DNA from: an uncultured Bacilli bacterium
GTDB taxonomy: Bacteria; Bacillota_I; Bacilli_A; RF39; UBA660
DNA: 64,000 nucleotides
Assembly: GCA_944329205.1 (NCBI GenBank)
Contig: CALVHY010000027.1
Coordinates: 2,636-66,635, forward strand
Reading direction: 5' to 3'
Shown: in pieces, positions 29,091-39,717 of the stretch
How the letters are laid out: each line of letters opens with the position of its first letter
How positions within the stretch are numbered: the stretch's first letter is position 1
Notes under the pieces: model-generated
The model's input: the letters and a program-made list of their open reading frames with translations, nothing else
The model's database searches: none
Told to the model about the DNA's origin: nothing
Translations under genes and position numbers: made by a program

Positions 29091-30998
29091 TTAACCAAAA
29101 CGGCCCCCACCGCCGCCGCCACCAAAGCCGCCGCCGGAAGAAAATCCGCCACCGAATCCGCCACCACTAGAATAACTTGAATGCGTATTCGCATAATTAG
29201 CCGCTTGTCTATTATAAGCTGTATTTATCGCACTATTTATACTATTATTTATTATTGGTGATATATTTATATAATAAAAGATCGGATAATAATCAATACC
29301 TAAAGTAGAAGTATCTATTTCGTTTATATGCACATTCATACTTTTCTCCACCTTATTAGCAAGGCCAAATACTGTGGCATAAACCAAATATCTTTCCCAC
29401 AAAATAATTTCCGGCAATTCTTTTAAGTCAAATGCTCCAAAATCATTTAAGAAATTTTTAAATGCTTTCCATTTAGCATAATGTAAACTACCCTTTTTTG
29501 TTTTCTTATAAACAACTAAAGTAAACAAGAAAAAGATTACTGCCAAAAATATTGCTATATAGGAAAATACATAATCAATACCATTGTTTATAATATACAT
29601 AAGTAAATAAATTGCTATTAATAAAACAATAACTCCCAACACTTTAGGAGTTGAACTAGTCTCAAAAAAATCTTCATTAACTCCATCTTCCAAAACACTA
29701 TTTTTCCAATTAGTATAACTTTTAATAAAAGTATTACAAGTTTTTGTTCCATCAGCATAATTTTTTAAATTTATTGTTGTAAATGTTTTTTTACCATCTT
29801 CCCCTGTCTTTTTCCCAACCGTATCAAACAAAAAATCAACCAACAACTTTTCACTATCATTTAAATTTTGCGTATTTTCTAAAGTAAATATATAATCTTT
29901 ATTCTTTTTCTTACCCTTTATTTCTTCAACCTTAATATTTTTCTTATAAATAAGATTCATAATTGAAGCTGATAAAGCATTAGGACTAATCTTTCTATTC
30001 ATCAAATAATCAATTACTTCAACATTATAATCATCAATAAATTCCCGATTATATTTCGAATAATAACCACTCTTTGGACTTTTAGCATATTTTAAATAAA
30101 CAAATACCCCTAATATTAAAACAACTCCTATTAAAATCCAAGATAACCATGTTGCCAAATTTCTTTGGCCAATTAGTTCATCTCGAAGCTGATTAGCTAC
30201 CTCAGCCCTATCCGTTTCTACTTCTATAATACTATTTAATGCTTCCCTGTGACTATACTTTGTAATCTCCTGACTATTAATTAAAGTCGGATCAAAAGTA
30301 AGCCGTACATCAACTGCTTCTCCTGGTAAAACTTCCTCAATATAAGCATAAACTCCATTATTATCTATTTTCTCAATTGTACCATCTAAATTACCATGAG
30401 CCCAAAAACGAAATAAATCACTATCATCATTCCCTGGCAAATGCACTTTTACTTGCACATTTTGTAAAGTATCTTCAAAGCCATCCGGTACAAAAGTCCA
30501 ATAAAGCTCTGCTACATCTTCATGTAATACCACCGCATCTTCTATTACATATTTAATATAAAAAGCTGTCTTTTTATTTTCCGTATAATAATACATTCGA
30601 TATCGATATCCATTAGTTAAACGACTAGTTGTATATTTGCCTCTTTCACCATCACTAGCATAACTAACTAACGAAAAAGGAAAAAAATCTTGATCAGCAA
30701 AAGTCTCAAAAGAAATCTCATCCACTTCTTTAGCATAAACTTCTACTTCACTTATATCTGTTGCATTATAAATAGCATTATTAGCTAAACTATCACCATC
30801 ACTTAAAGCCCCATTTTGATAAAGTATATCCCGTTCAAACCAATTAAACGTACCGTCAGCGCCAACTAACTCATGAACCTCAACATCGCCATTTTCTCGT
30901 ATATAAGCATCAACCAAAAAATCTGTGACTTCTACCCTAGCGGCATTAACCATAGTTGGAACGAAAAACATTAATAAACCCAAAAAAACTCTTTTCAT
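29091..30998 (-). CDS. DUF2207-family membrane protein with C-terminal Gly-rich tail
   Basis: Signal peptide, large extracellular domain, TM helices, C-terminal GGGFGGGFSSGGGFGGGGGGGRFG. Typically paired with LemA. Confidence 0.55.
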   Translation of the reverse strand: MKRVFLGLLMFFVPTMVNAARVEVTDFLVDAYIRENGDVEVHELVGADGTFNWFERDILYQNGALSDGDSLANNAIYNATDISEVEVYAKEVDEISFETFADQDFFPFSLVSYASDGERGKYTTSRLTNGYRYRMYYYTENKKTAFYIKYVIEDAVVLHEDVAELYWTFVPDGFEDTLQNVQVKVHLPGNDDSDLFRFWAHGNLDGTIEKIDNNGVYAYIEEVLPGEAVDVRLTFDPTLINSQEITKYSHREALNSIIEVETDRAEVANQLRDELIGQRNLATWLSWILIGVVLILGVFVYLKYAKSPKSGYYSKYNREFIDDYNVEVIDYLMNRKISPNALSASIMNLIYKKNIKVEEIKGKKKNKDYIFTLENTQNLNDSEKLLVDFLFDTVGKKTGEDGKKTFTTINLKNYADGTKTCNTFIKSYTNWKNSVLEDGVNEDFFETSSTPKVLGVIVLLIAIYLLMYIINNGIDYVFSYIAIFLAVIFFLFTLVVYKKTKKGSLHYAKWKAFKNFLNDFGAFDLKELPEIILWERYLVYATVFGLANKVEKSMNVHINEIDTSTLGIDYYPIFYYINISPIINNSINSAINTAYNRQAANYANTHSSYSSGGGFGGGFSSGGGFGGGGGGGRFG

Positions 30999-31038
30999 CT
31001 TCCAATCCTTTCAAAAAAAGGTTAACCAACTGGTAACC

Positions 31039-31590
31039 TTAAAATTGTACTTTAACATTTTCTTTTTCCGCACTTTCAGCTTCAAAGAATTTTTCTTGCT
31101 TAAACTTAAATAATCCAGCAATAATGTTAGATGGTACCATTTCAATCTTATTATTATATTGCATAACAATGTCATTATAAAATTGTCTTGACATGGCAAT
31201 CTTATCTTCGGTTTGTTGTAGTTCTTGTTGTAATTGTTGGAAGTTTTGATTAGCTTTTAAATCAGGATAATTTTCTGATAAGGCAAATAGCTTATTAATA
31301 GCATTAGTTAACTCTCCATCAGCTTTTAACTGATCTTCAGGTAACGTTGCTGATAAATAAGTATTACGAGCTTTAATCACTTCTTCTAAGGTTTCACTTT
31401 CATGTTTAGTATAGCCTTTAACTGTTTCAACTAAATTAGGGATTAAATCAAACCTTCTTTTTAATTGAACATCGATTTGACTCCAAGCATCTTTTACTCT
31501 ATTTCTAAAGTCTACTAAAGAGTTATAAGTTGCAACAGCCCAAATAAGAATAAGTACAACAATGACTATAACAATAATAGCAATCCACAT
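31039..31590 (-). CDS. lemA: LemA family protein
   Basis: N-terminal TM followed by the conserved LemA region (ATYNSLVDFRNRVKDAWSQIDVQLKRRFDLIPNLVETVKGY). Confidence 0.8.
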   Translation of the reverse strand: MWIAIIVIVIVVLILIWAVATYNSLVDFRNRVKDAWSQIDVQLKRRFDLIPNLVETVKGYTKHESETLEEVIKARNTYLSATLPEDQLKADGELTNAINKLFALSENYPDLKANQNFQQLQQELQQTEDKIAMSRQFYNDIVMQYNNKIEMVPSNIIAGLFKFKQEKFFEAESAEKENVKVQF

Positions 31591-31821
31591 AATAATCCTC
31601 CTTATATAAATATATTATCATAAAACTCAATTTAACTCAAGAATATTCAAAAACAATATTTCAAAAGATGTAAAATAAATGCTCTTTAATTTCAGATAAA
31701 ACAATTCATCAAATTTTAACTTCAATATCTCTTGTATGTGATACATATTTTTACAAGCACCATAATAAATCTATTAATCAAATGATTACATAATTTACCA
31801 TTTATGATAAACTACTTATTC

Positions 31822-34800
31822 TCATAATCCTATAACCTCTACTTCCTTAACTTTATTATCGATAATTGAATATAAATATAATGATATATTTTTACTTGTA
31901 ACACTACGCATATACTCATAATAAACATTTAACTGTTTTACATAAGCATCATCATCTATATTTTTAAGTTTATAATCAATAATTTTGATTTCCGCATCAT
32001 ATTCGAGCATCAAATCAATAATTCCGTGATATTCTTGATCATCTTTCGTAAACATAAACTCTAACTCTTGATAAATAGTAGCATTTTGAAAATCAAAAGT
32101 ATCTAACAAATGCCGGACATACTTATTAGGATTTATGGTATTTTTAAAGTCTGTTTCTTCAAGCATTTCATGAACTTGTGTCCCAAATTTTAAGGTTTTA
32201 GCATCATCAATACTCAAAATACTTTCAATTGCTTTCGAAGCATGTTTTTGAGAGATTTCCTTATCATTTAAATGCAGATCCCGAAAATTAATAACTTCCT
32301 GACTTTCCATTGCTTTAACGAACTTTACTTTACTTCTTTCATAATCTTTAGTTAATTCTAAACTATTTAAATCAATCGTTTTAGAGTACTCTGCTAAATT
32401 AAGGGCCATAGAATTTAAAAAGTCATAGAAAGACCGAAACTTTATTTCTGCTAAATAATCAATTTTTACACTCACTTTATTTTGCGTTTTAAACTCTGGT
32501 AAAACCATAATTATTTTTTCTTTGGCCCGGGTTAATGCAACATAAAATAGTCTTATTTTTTCCGCGATTTCTTCTTCTAAATATTTATTTTTAATTAATT
32601 GTTTAGTAAAAGTAGTGCCAATACCATCTTCATAAAATGGTGTTAATATGCCATAAGTAGGATCAAACATAAATCTTGCTTGTAAATCTTTCAAATTAAA
32701 GTTTTTCTTAAGTCCCGCAAAATAGCAAATCGGAAATTCTAAGCCCTTGGATTTATGAATATTCATAATTTTTACACAATCACTCTTACTTCTTGCTTCC
32801 CTATATCTAATCTCGAAATTTTTATCAATCATTTGACTTAAATATTCCGCAAAATCTTCAATCGTAAACCCAATTGTTTCCATAGAAGTAGCAAGGCTTT
32901 CTAAATAATCAAGCCGAATGATGGCATCACTTACATTTCCAACTAAAATTAGCTTCTGATAGAAAGAAAATTTCTCGATTATTTCCCTTAAAAGCATCCC
33001 TGGACTCATCAAATCTAGTCTTTTCGCTATCTCACTTGCTTTCTTATAAATCTCGTTTTCATAAAACGTATTTTCTTTTAAGGCCGCAAATATTTCTTCA
33101 TCATCCATCCCCCCAACAAAACTACGAGCAATACTGACAAAGTAATAGCGCATATTAGTATCATATTCCTCTTTATAAATTGCTAATATTAATCTAACAA
33201 TATTATTTATAATCCGTATATCATCAGCACTAGTTAGATTACTATCTTTATACACTTCCATAGGAATATTAAAATACTCAAATATTTTCTTATATAAAGG
33301 CATATCACTACCACGATCTAAAATAATACAAAAATCTTTATAAGTAGCATCTTTATTTGCCCCCAAATCAAAATCAAAGACAGGATAATGCGAACTTACT
33401 TTATCCAAAATATCTTTAGCAATAATAAATGCTTCAATCTCGGCATTACTAAATGTTTTATCATCATTCTGATATTTTAACAATTCTAAATCATGAGACT
33501 CATTACTACGTCCTTTCTCTTCATAAGCCATATTGCCATAAATCATGGCATGAGCTTCACTATAATCTACACCACCCAAATCAGGAATCATTATACGCTT
33601 AAATATTTCATTAATATTTGCCAGCACTTCTCTTCGAGAACGAAAATTCTCTAATAAATCAATCTTTTTTCCATCTACTTGATTTTTATAACGCTCATAT
33701 TTTTCTTTAAAAATACGAGGATTCGCATTACGAAAACGATAGATAGATTGTTTGATATCTCCTACCATATAGACATTATTGTTTTCAATAAGCCCAATAA
33801 ACATTTCTTGTAAATCATTCGTATCTTGATATTCATCAATCATAATCTCTTGATAGCTAGCCCTTAATTCTTCCCGGATAGATTTATGCTCTTTAACCAG
33901 CCATATTGCCATTTTGGCAATATCAGTAAACTCAAAAGCCGCTTTTTCCTTTTTATAAGCATGTATTTTTTCATCTAATTTTAAAATAACATCAATAATC
34001 GCGCATACATAGTCCTTTGTACTTTTAATTTGCTTCTTTAACTCTTCTTCACTGTATTTGGTAAGTTCGTTAAATTCATCTACTAAAGCCTTCAAATCCT
34101 CTTTAATCTCTTTTGCATCAGATTCTAACCCTCGAAATTGTGGCAAATTAATATTTTTACCATATAAATCATCATAATTTCTTGGTTTAAATATGGCAGA
34201 TACAGCCTCATAACACTTTACTCTTACTTTATCACTCAAATACGCTTCTAATGCATAATAATCTGCTTCGATTAACTCCGTTAAAGTCGTTAAATATGCT
34301 ACATACTCTTGAAATAATTGATCAATATAATACCCACGATAATAAACATCAATATAACTCTTTAAATATTCTGTTTTATCATATTTCAAATCTAGGGCAT
34401 TACTTATATTAAGTATAGCTTCCTTAACTAGGGTATCATCTCTTACCGTAAAATCACCGACTAGCTTTAAATAATTAGAATCTTTTTTTTCGTATAAATC
34501 CATGATGATTTCTTCTAACAAACGCTTTTTCTCTAAATTAATAATGGAAGAGTCAATAATGGAAATATTACTGCTTAAATTGAAAAGATAGTGATATTTT
34601 TTTACGATGCTAAAAGCATAAGCATCAAAGGTGGTGATATAGGCTGAATCAATATACAAAAGTTGTTCGGTAAGTCCTGCTGCTGCTATCTTTTTGCGGA
34701 TACGTTCTTTCATTTCCCCTGCTGCTTCATTCGTAAATGTTAAAATTAGTATTCTTCTAATATCAATACCCTCTTTTAATTTCCTTAAAACTCTTTCGGA

Positions 34801-34905
34801 TAAAACCGCGGTTTTACCAGAACCAGCTCCGGCCGATATAATAAGATTAGTTCCTTCTAAGTTAATTGCTAATGACTGTTCCTTCGTCCACTTCAACTTC
34901 TTCAC
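31822..34905 (-). CDS. addA: ATP-dependent helicase/nuclease subunit A (AddA/RexA)
   Basis: UvrD-type helicase motifs (AGAGSGKT...). C-terminal RecB-type nuclease (IIDLMLEYDAEIKIIDYKL). 44-nt overlap with addB. Confidence 0.85.
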   Translation of the reverse strand: MKKLKWTKEQSLAINLEGTNLIISAGAGSGKTAVLSERVLRKLKEGIDIRRILILTFTNEAAGEMKERIRKKIAAAGLTEQLLYIDSAYITTFDAYAFSIVKKYHYLFNLSSNISIIDSSIINLEKKRLLEEIIMDLYEKKDSNYLKLVGDFTVRDDTLVKEAILNISNALDLKYDKTEYLKSYIDVYYRGYYIDQLFQEYVAYLTTLTELIEADYYALEAYLSDKVRVKCYEAVSAIFKPRNYDDLYGKNINLPQFRGLESDAKEIKEDLKALVDEFNELTKYSEEELKKQIKSTKDYVCAIIDVILKLDEKIHAYKKEKAAFEFTDIAKMAIWLVKEHKSIREELRASYQEIMIDEYQDTNDLQEMFIGLIENNNVYMVGDIKQSIYRFRNANPRIFKEKYERYKNQVDGKKIDLLENFRSRREVLANINEIFKRIMIPDLGGVDYSEAHAMIYGNMAYEEKGRSNESHDLELLKYQNDDKTFSNAEIEAFIIAKDILDKVSSHYPVFDFDLGANKDATYKDFCIILDRGSDMPLYKKIFEYFNIPMEVYKDSNLTSADDIRIINNIVRLILAIYKEEYDTNMRYYFVSIARSFVGGMDDEEIFAALKENTFYENEIYKKASEIAKRLDLMSPGMLLREIIEKFSFYQKLILVGNVSDAIIRLDYLESLATSMETIGFTIEDFAEYLSQMIDKNFEIRYREARSKSDCVKIMNIHKSKGLEFPICYFAGLKKNFNLKDLQARFMFDPTYGILTPFYEDGIGTTFTKQLIKNKYLEEEIAEKIRLFYVALTRAKEKIIMVLPEFKTQNKVSVKIDYLAEIKFRSFYDFLNSMALNLAEYSKTIDLNSLELTKDYERSKVKFVKAMESQEVINFRDLHLNDKEISQKHASKAIESILSIDDAKTLKFGTQVHEMLEETDFKNTINPNKYVRHLLDTFDFQNATIYQELEFMFTKDDQEYHGIIDLMLEYDAEIKIIDYKLKNIDDDAYVKQLNVYYEYMRSVTSKNISLYLYSIIDNKVKEVEVIGL

Positions 34906-37219
34906 CTCCTAACTCTACTTCATCTTGTTTTTTCTTAAAACATAAATCGCTAAACTTACAATAAGTACAAGCGATATTCTTTTTATTTAATACTTTGGGA
35001 TTTATTTTAAACTCCCCATTCAAAATCATATCAATAGTCTCATCAATTACACCATCAACCTTCGTTATCACCTCATCCATTTCTGTATCTGATAACACCT
35101 TGGAATTAGCACTTAGACTGCCATCCTTCTTAAACTTTAAATTCAGAAGAATTTTCCCCTCTTGGTAGTTGTCATCAATCAGTTCCATGAATACTTCATT
35201 ACTGTTGGTAAATCCTTGGAGGCGCATATTATTTTCTAAAATTTCTTTACTTGTCTTTTTAAATTCAATATTTCCTTTATTAAATAATACTTTTTGAACA
35301 TAGAATCCCGCGATAGAAGCTGTGCAAAAACGATCAGATTTTTTTAGCAAATAAAGATAGATTGGCAGCTGCAAATGAAGGCCGTATGCTAAATCTTTTA
35401 AGGTAATTAAAGTAGAGCCTGTTTTATAATCAACCACCGCGATTACTTCTTTATCATGGAAAGTATTATACATTACTTTATCGATTGTTCCCTTAAAAGT
35501 AACTTTCATATCCCCTTTATCTTTATAAACAAAGAAATTATTTTCAAATAAGTAATGATTTAACTTGGAATGCCTCATCTGATTCTTTATCACATTTAAA
35601 CTCTTTTTAAGCTCTTCACTAATCATTTCCAAATAAAAATATTCTTTAGCATTTAAGTGATAATCTTGATTTTTCACAAACTTCATTATTTCCACCGGAA
35701 TATCAATTTCTTTCGTAAGTCCAAGTTCCAAAATATGATGCATTATACTACCAATAATCGTCATAAATGTTTCTTCAAATATATCTAAATGTAAAATTTT
35801 ACTAACATAATAATGAAAAGCACACTCCCGATACATCTCCATATTGGTGTATGATAAAGTAAGCTCATTATTTAAATGCGCTAGTAACATAGATGCAGGA
35901 ATACCCTTAAACTGGTTATCATAAGTAAAATAAGGAATATCTAAGTTATGTTGATAAAGGGCTAAATTATCACTTATCATGTTATATTTATATAAATTAT
36001 CTAGCGCTATGGCATATTTTATTTCACTCAAACTTTTAGCATAAGATATATCTTCATCAATAGATATGGGTAGTACTCGACTATCTAGCTCACTAATAAG
36101 CATAGATGGATAAGCTGAGCCATTGGGGCCGTTTAATTTATAAGTAATAACTAAATGTTTAGTGGATCTAATCTCGTTTAAAATGGTCGTTTTTTGATCG
36201 TTATTTACTTCCGTTGAAGTAGTTAGCCCTAAAGCATCTTTTACTTCATCACTTAAATAATCAATATCTCTTTTGATTTTAGGATAATCACTCACATTAA
36301 ACCCAAGTAAAAAAACATAATCATCATCATAAAAAGAATCACTTAAGCTACATAATTCTAAACCTTCTAAATAGACCGTTTCCTTTAATTTGGTATTTTG
36401 TAAATCATTTATAATAAATTCTTTTCTTAAAGCTTTATCTAAAACTTCTACCGATAAATTTATAATGCGGACTAACTCAGATACATTAGCGTATTTTTCT
36501 GATAGTCTTAGAACATTTTCATCGATAGAATACTCTTCATAATGATTTAAAAAGTCTCTTGCCAGTAGCGTATTATAAAAAGAATGAGTACTACGGTTAT
36601 TAAAAGGAATATGATAGAAAGATAAATATCTTGTTAATACAGAATCATATTCGTTAGATGCAATAATCTTGATGTGAGATAAAGGTATTTCCCTATCTAA
36701 TAATTTAGCAATTTCTTGGCATACAAACTCTACTTCTTGATCAATGTTAGTAGCCTCATAAACCATCGGGACATAGCTTTTGTGTAAATCATTCTCATAA
36801 AAAATATCAGCATCTATCTCTTTTAATATCAATTTTTGCTCTTTGGATAAGTTGGAATAGCCATAAACAATAATTCTTTTCCCCTTTATTGAATCTTTAA
36901 AAGATGGGTGATATATCAGTAAATTATGATTGTCTAACTGGGCTTTTAAATCAATTAAAAACTGGACTTTTTCATGATCGATATCTTTTAGAAAATATAA
37001 ATTTTCTAAATACATCTTAGCAATAGCAATATTTACGTGATACTTTTTCATAATAAAAGCAATAGTATTATTGTCATAATCAAAAAATAGCATCTTTTTA
37101 AGATTTTCAAAAGTATAAAATTTTATATTATAAAATACATGATTTTTACTATTTTCTCTTAAAATATTTTTCTTAAACTCGTTTGTTGTTATGATAATAC
37201 TTGGTTCCATTCTCATCAC
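34862..37219 (-). CDS. addB: ATP-dependent helicase/nuclease subunit B (AddB/RexB), short form
   Basis: C-terminal nuclease VVDYKTG plus Cys cluster (CTYCKFSDLC) for Fe-S. 785 aa. No Walker A recognisable. Confidence 0.7.
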   Translation of the reverse strand: MMRMEPSIIITTNEFKKNILRENSKNHVFYNIKFYTFENLKKMLFFDYDNNTIAFIMKKYHVNIAIAKMYLENLYFLKDIDHEKVQFLIDLKAQLDNHNLLIYHPSFKDSIKGKRIIVYGYSNLSKEQKLILKEIDADIFYENDLHKSYVPMVYEATNIDQEVEFVCQEIAKLLDREIPLSHIKIIASNEYDSVLTRYLSFYHIPFNNRSTHSFYNTLLARDFLNHYEEYSIDENVLRLSEKYANVSELVRIINLSVEVLDKALRKEFIINDLQNTKLKETVYLEGLELCSLSDSFYDDDYVFLLGFNVSDYPKIKRDIDYLSDEVKDALGLTTSTEVNNDQKTTILNEIRSTKHLVITYKLNGPNGSAYPSMLISELDSRVLPISIDEDISYAKSLSEIKYAIALDNLYKYNMISDNLALYQHNLDIPYFTYDNQFKGIPASMLLAHLNNELTLSYTNMEMYRECAFHYYVSKILHLDIFEETFMTIIGSIMHHILELGLTKEIDIPVEIMKFVKNQDYHLNAKEYFYLEMISEELKKSLNVIKNQMRHSKLNHYLFENNFFVYKDKGDMKVTFKGTIDKVMYNTFHDKEVIAVVDYKTGSTLITLKDLAYGLHLQLPIYLYLLKKSDRFCTASIAGFYVQKVLFNKGNIEFKKTSKEILENNMRLQGFTNSNEVFMELIDDNYQEGKILLNLKFKKDGSLSANSKVLSDTEMDEVITKVDGVIDETIDMILNGEFKINPKVLNKKNIACTYCKFSDLCFKKKQDEVELGGEEVEVDEGTVISN

Positions 37220-37299
37220 TTCCCCAAAAATATCTTAACATTTATTAAGTTTTTTTACAATGGTAGAAATTAGAATTAACAATTTTTTGCATAAAACTG

Positions 37300-37328
37300 T
37301 TGACAACCAACATAATATTTAATATAAT
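37300..37328 (+). promoter_or_regulatory. perfect sigma-A consensus promoter (TTGACA-17-TATAAT) for tRNA-Asn
   Basis: TTGACA 37300-37305, 17-nt spacer, TATAAT 37323-37328. tRNA begins at 37340. Confidence 0.7.
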
Positions 37329-37339
37329 TTAGGAGTACT

Positions 37340-37415
37340 GCTCGTTTAGTTCAGTCGGTAGAGCGCACGGCTGTTAACCGTTAGGTCGTAGGTTCGAGTC
37401 CTACAACGAGCGCCA
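37340..37415 (+). tRNA. tRNA-Asn (anticodon GUU)
   Basis: 76 nt cloverleaf. 7-bp acceptor GCTCGTT/AACGAGC, D-arm GTTC...GAGC, anticodon loop CTGTTAA, T-arm GTAGG-TTCGAGT-CCTAC, discriminator G, encoded CCA. Confidence 0.9.
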
Positions 37416-37427
37416 TTATGTTAATTA

Positions 37428-37457
37428 AGCCCTTATTTTAAGGGTTTTTTTGTTTTA
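37428..37457 (+). terminator. tRNA-Asn terminator
   Basis: AGCCCTTA-ttt-TAAGGGT followed by T7. Confidence 0.6.
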
Positions 37458-37524
37458 TTAACTGATAAACAAAAAAGAATGATAACTATTATCACTCTTT
37501 AATAATTAAGATTCATATTTAGGT

Positions 37525-37929
37525 TTATTCATAGTATCTTGAACAAGCATCACCAGCGGCAGGAGCATCTCCTTCATATTCAACATAGCATTCGCATTCA
37601 TCTCCACCAGGACTAGTAATACATGCGGCACACTTATCATATTCAGCTTCCAAATCCCCAGAGAAATCGCCAACTAATCCAAATATAGCACCAACTAAAG
37701 TAGGAACAAAGAATATAATAATACCAGCTATTGCTCTAATTGCTAAAGACTTAACAGACTTTTTAATTTCATCATCTTTACTAGCTACTACGGCCTTTCC
37801 TAAATCGATCATACCAAATATAATAATTATAATAGGAATTGCAATTTTAAAGACCCATAATATCCAACCAATAATTTGCCAAAGACCAGCTAACTCCGTG
37901 CAAAACTTTGGATCATCCATAATAAACAT
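37525..37929 (-). CDS. small two-TM secreted/membrane protein (candidate atypical pilin or VirB2/TrbC-like subunit)
   Basis: 134 aa. Two hydrophobic helices (LWQIIGWILWVFKIAIPIIIIIFGMI and LAIRAIAGIIIFFVPTLVGAIFGLV), then an acidic Cys-containing tail (CAACITSPGGDECECYVEYEGD). Last gene of the secretion-ATPase operon. No G/xxxxEY Flp motif and no GFxxxE class III signal. Confidence 0.4.
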   Translation of the reverse strand: MFIMDDPKFCTELAGLWQIIGWILWVFKIAIPIIIIIFGMIDLGKAVVASKDDEIKKSVKSLAIRAIAGIIIFFVPTLVGAIFGLVGDFSGDLEAEYDKCAACITSPGGDECECYVEYEGDAPAAGDACSRYYE

Positions 37930-38015
37930 ATAAAATTCCTCTCTTTCTAATCTATATTAATTTTATCTTAAGTTATAAACATTGTCAAGTAATTAAGATC
38001 AATTATGTCAAATAT

Positions 38016-38804
38016 CTATAAATTCATAAGTAGTAAAACAGCTAATATTAATAACACCATAACCCCAATACCTGTTGTTATTAGCATTCGCATTGTTTTA
38101 CTTTCCATTTTATCCAAACGATCTTTATACTTCGTTTCTCTTGCTTTTTGTTGTAAATTGGAAATTGTTCTTGAAAAAGCAAGTAATTGTTCTTGTTTCC
38201 GCTCTTGTCTACCTAAACTAAGCCGATAGAGCAATCTCATCATTCGCATTGAATCTCTTACTGGATATTTTCTTGCAAAATCCATATAAGGTTCAATTGT
38301 ATCATCACCTGCATTAATCGCATTAATTAATTCTTTTAATCCATCTTTAAATATATCAGGAGCATCTTCTAATGATTTACCAATTGCTACCGGTACAGTA
38401 TAATGTTGAATTAATATTTCCAAACCTTTTAAATAATAAGGAAGCATTGTATCTATTTCATGTAAATGTCTTTTATAATAATTTTTAAGATTGATATAAT
38501 CAAGTTTAAAAAAGACAAAACCAATTACAATACAAATTAAAGCATAAACATAAGACATACTTGAAATAAGTAAACAAAAGACCAATACCATAACAATTAA
38601 AGCATTTCTAATTCTTTTATTAAAAAGCAAATCCGGATTGACTGTATCTCCATATTTAGCTTTTACATAAAAATCATAATCACTTTCTTTTAATTTCCGC
38701 AAATACATTTCATTATCGGCAATTAATTTACCAATACTTATCTTTCCACTATAAGTTAATATAAAGAAAATAATCACCGCAATAACAGCTATTTCTATTT
38801 GCAT
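38016..38804 (-). CDS. TadC-like membrane protein (single T2SSF-type domain)
   Basis: 262 aa. N-terminal TM, two TM at about residues 65-100, cytoplasmic helical domain, C-terminal TM. Topology and size match TadB/TadC rather than two-domain GspF/ComGB. Confidence 0.5.
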   Translation of the reverse strand: MQIEIAVIAVIIFFILTYSGKISIGKLIADNEMYLRKLKESDYDFYVKAKYGDTVNPDLLFNKRIRNALIVMVLVFCLLISSMSYVYALICIVIGFVFFKLDYINLKNYYKRHLHEIDTMLPYYLKGLEILIQHYTVPVAIGKSLEDAPDIFKDGLKELINAINAGDDTIEPYMDFARKYPVRDSMRMMRLLYRLSLGRQERKQEQLLAFSRTISNLQQKARETKYKDRLDKMESKTMRMLITTGIGVMVLLILAVLLLMNL

Positions 38805-38805
38805 A

Positions 38806-39702
38806 TTACTCTACCCCCACATTCTCATTATAATATTTCTCTCCTGAGAGTAAAAAGTAACTATTAATAATAATTATACCATGCAAAATAATATGTACAT
38901 ACCATAAATTTAAAAGCCGTAAATAACTATCTTTACCTAGTAAAACCTGCATAACTAAAACTAGCAAAAATAATACTAAAGCAAAAGTAATGAACTTTGT
39001 ATGAAATTGTTTTCTATCCATTTGATCACGATATACTCCCTCAACCAAAGAATCAATATCCATACTCATATTTTCCAAAGACTCTCCTGAATCTTTAGCA
39101 CCCTCTTTAGTAATTTGTAAAAATAGTTGATGCATATTTTTTACCATATAATAAGGATATTTTTGGTTAAAGTACTCAATAGATTCATCAATCGTTCCAT
39201 TTTGATAAGACATGTTAATCATTGTCTTTACATCTTCTAAAACAGGATCCTCAAGTATTCCTGAATCTCTTACCCCCTCTAATGATTTAACAAAACTTTG
39301 CGTCGTATTAAATTCCATTATAACATTAGTTGTATATATTTGAATTTGTTCAAATATATATTCACTATACAATCTTTTACTACGTAAAAAAGCTAAATAA
39401 GGAATAAAAGCCACTGCAATAATCACATAAATAATAACCACAATCAAGCTATAAAAGTATAAATACGCTATAGCTGCCGCTAAGCCCCCAATAACAACTA
39501 TTTGCAAGGTATAATCTTTTACGGTATAATCTTGTTTTAATTCTTTCATTTTCGCACTTATTGTTTTATAACTATAAGGCGCATACTTTTCATATATAAC
39601 CCCAAATTGGGCCTTAGCAAACTTATAAAAGGTTTCCGTCCCATCATTTTTTCGGTATATAATAATAAACATCGCAATTAAAAATATAATTACAAATTCC
39701 AC
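38806..39702 (-). CDS. TadB-like membrane protein (single T2SSF-type domain)
   Basis: 298 aa with the same topology as its neighbour. Immediately downstream of the secretion ATPase gene. Confidence 0.5.
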   Translation of the reverse strand: MEFVIIFLIAMFIIIYRKNDGTETFYKFAKAQFGVIYEKYAPYSYKTISAKMKELKQDYTVKDYTLQIVVIGGLAAAIAYLYFYSLIVVIIYVIIAVAFIPYLAFLRSKRLYSEYIFEQIQIYTTNVIMEFNTTQSFVKSLEGVRDSGILEDPVLEDVKTMINMSYQNGTIDESIEYFNQKYPYYMVKNMHQLFLQITKEGAKDSGESLENMSMDIDSLVEGVYRDQMDRKQFHTKFITFALVLFLLVLVMQVLLGKDSYLRLLNLWYVHIILHGIIIINSYFLLSGEKYYNENVGVE

Positions 39703-39717
39703 TTGCCTAACCTCCTT

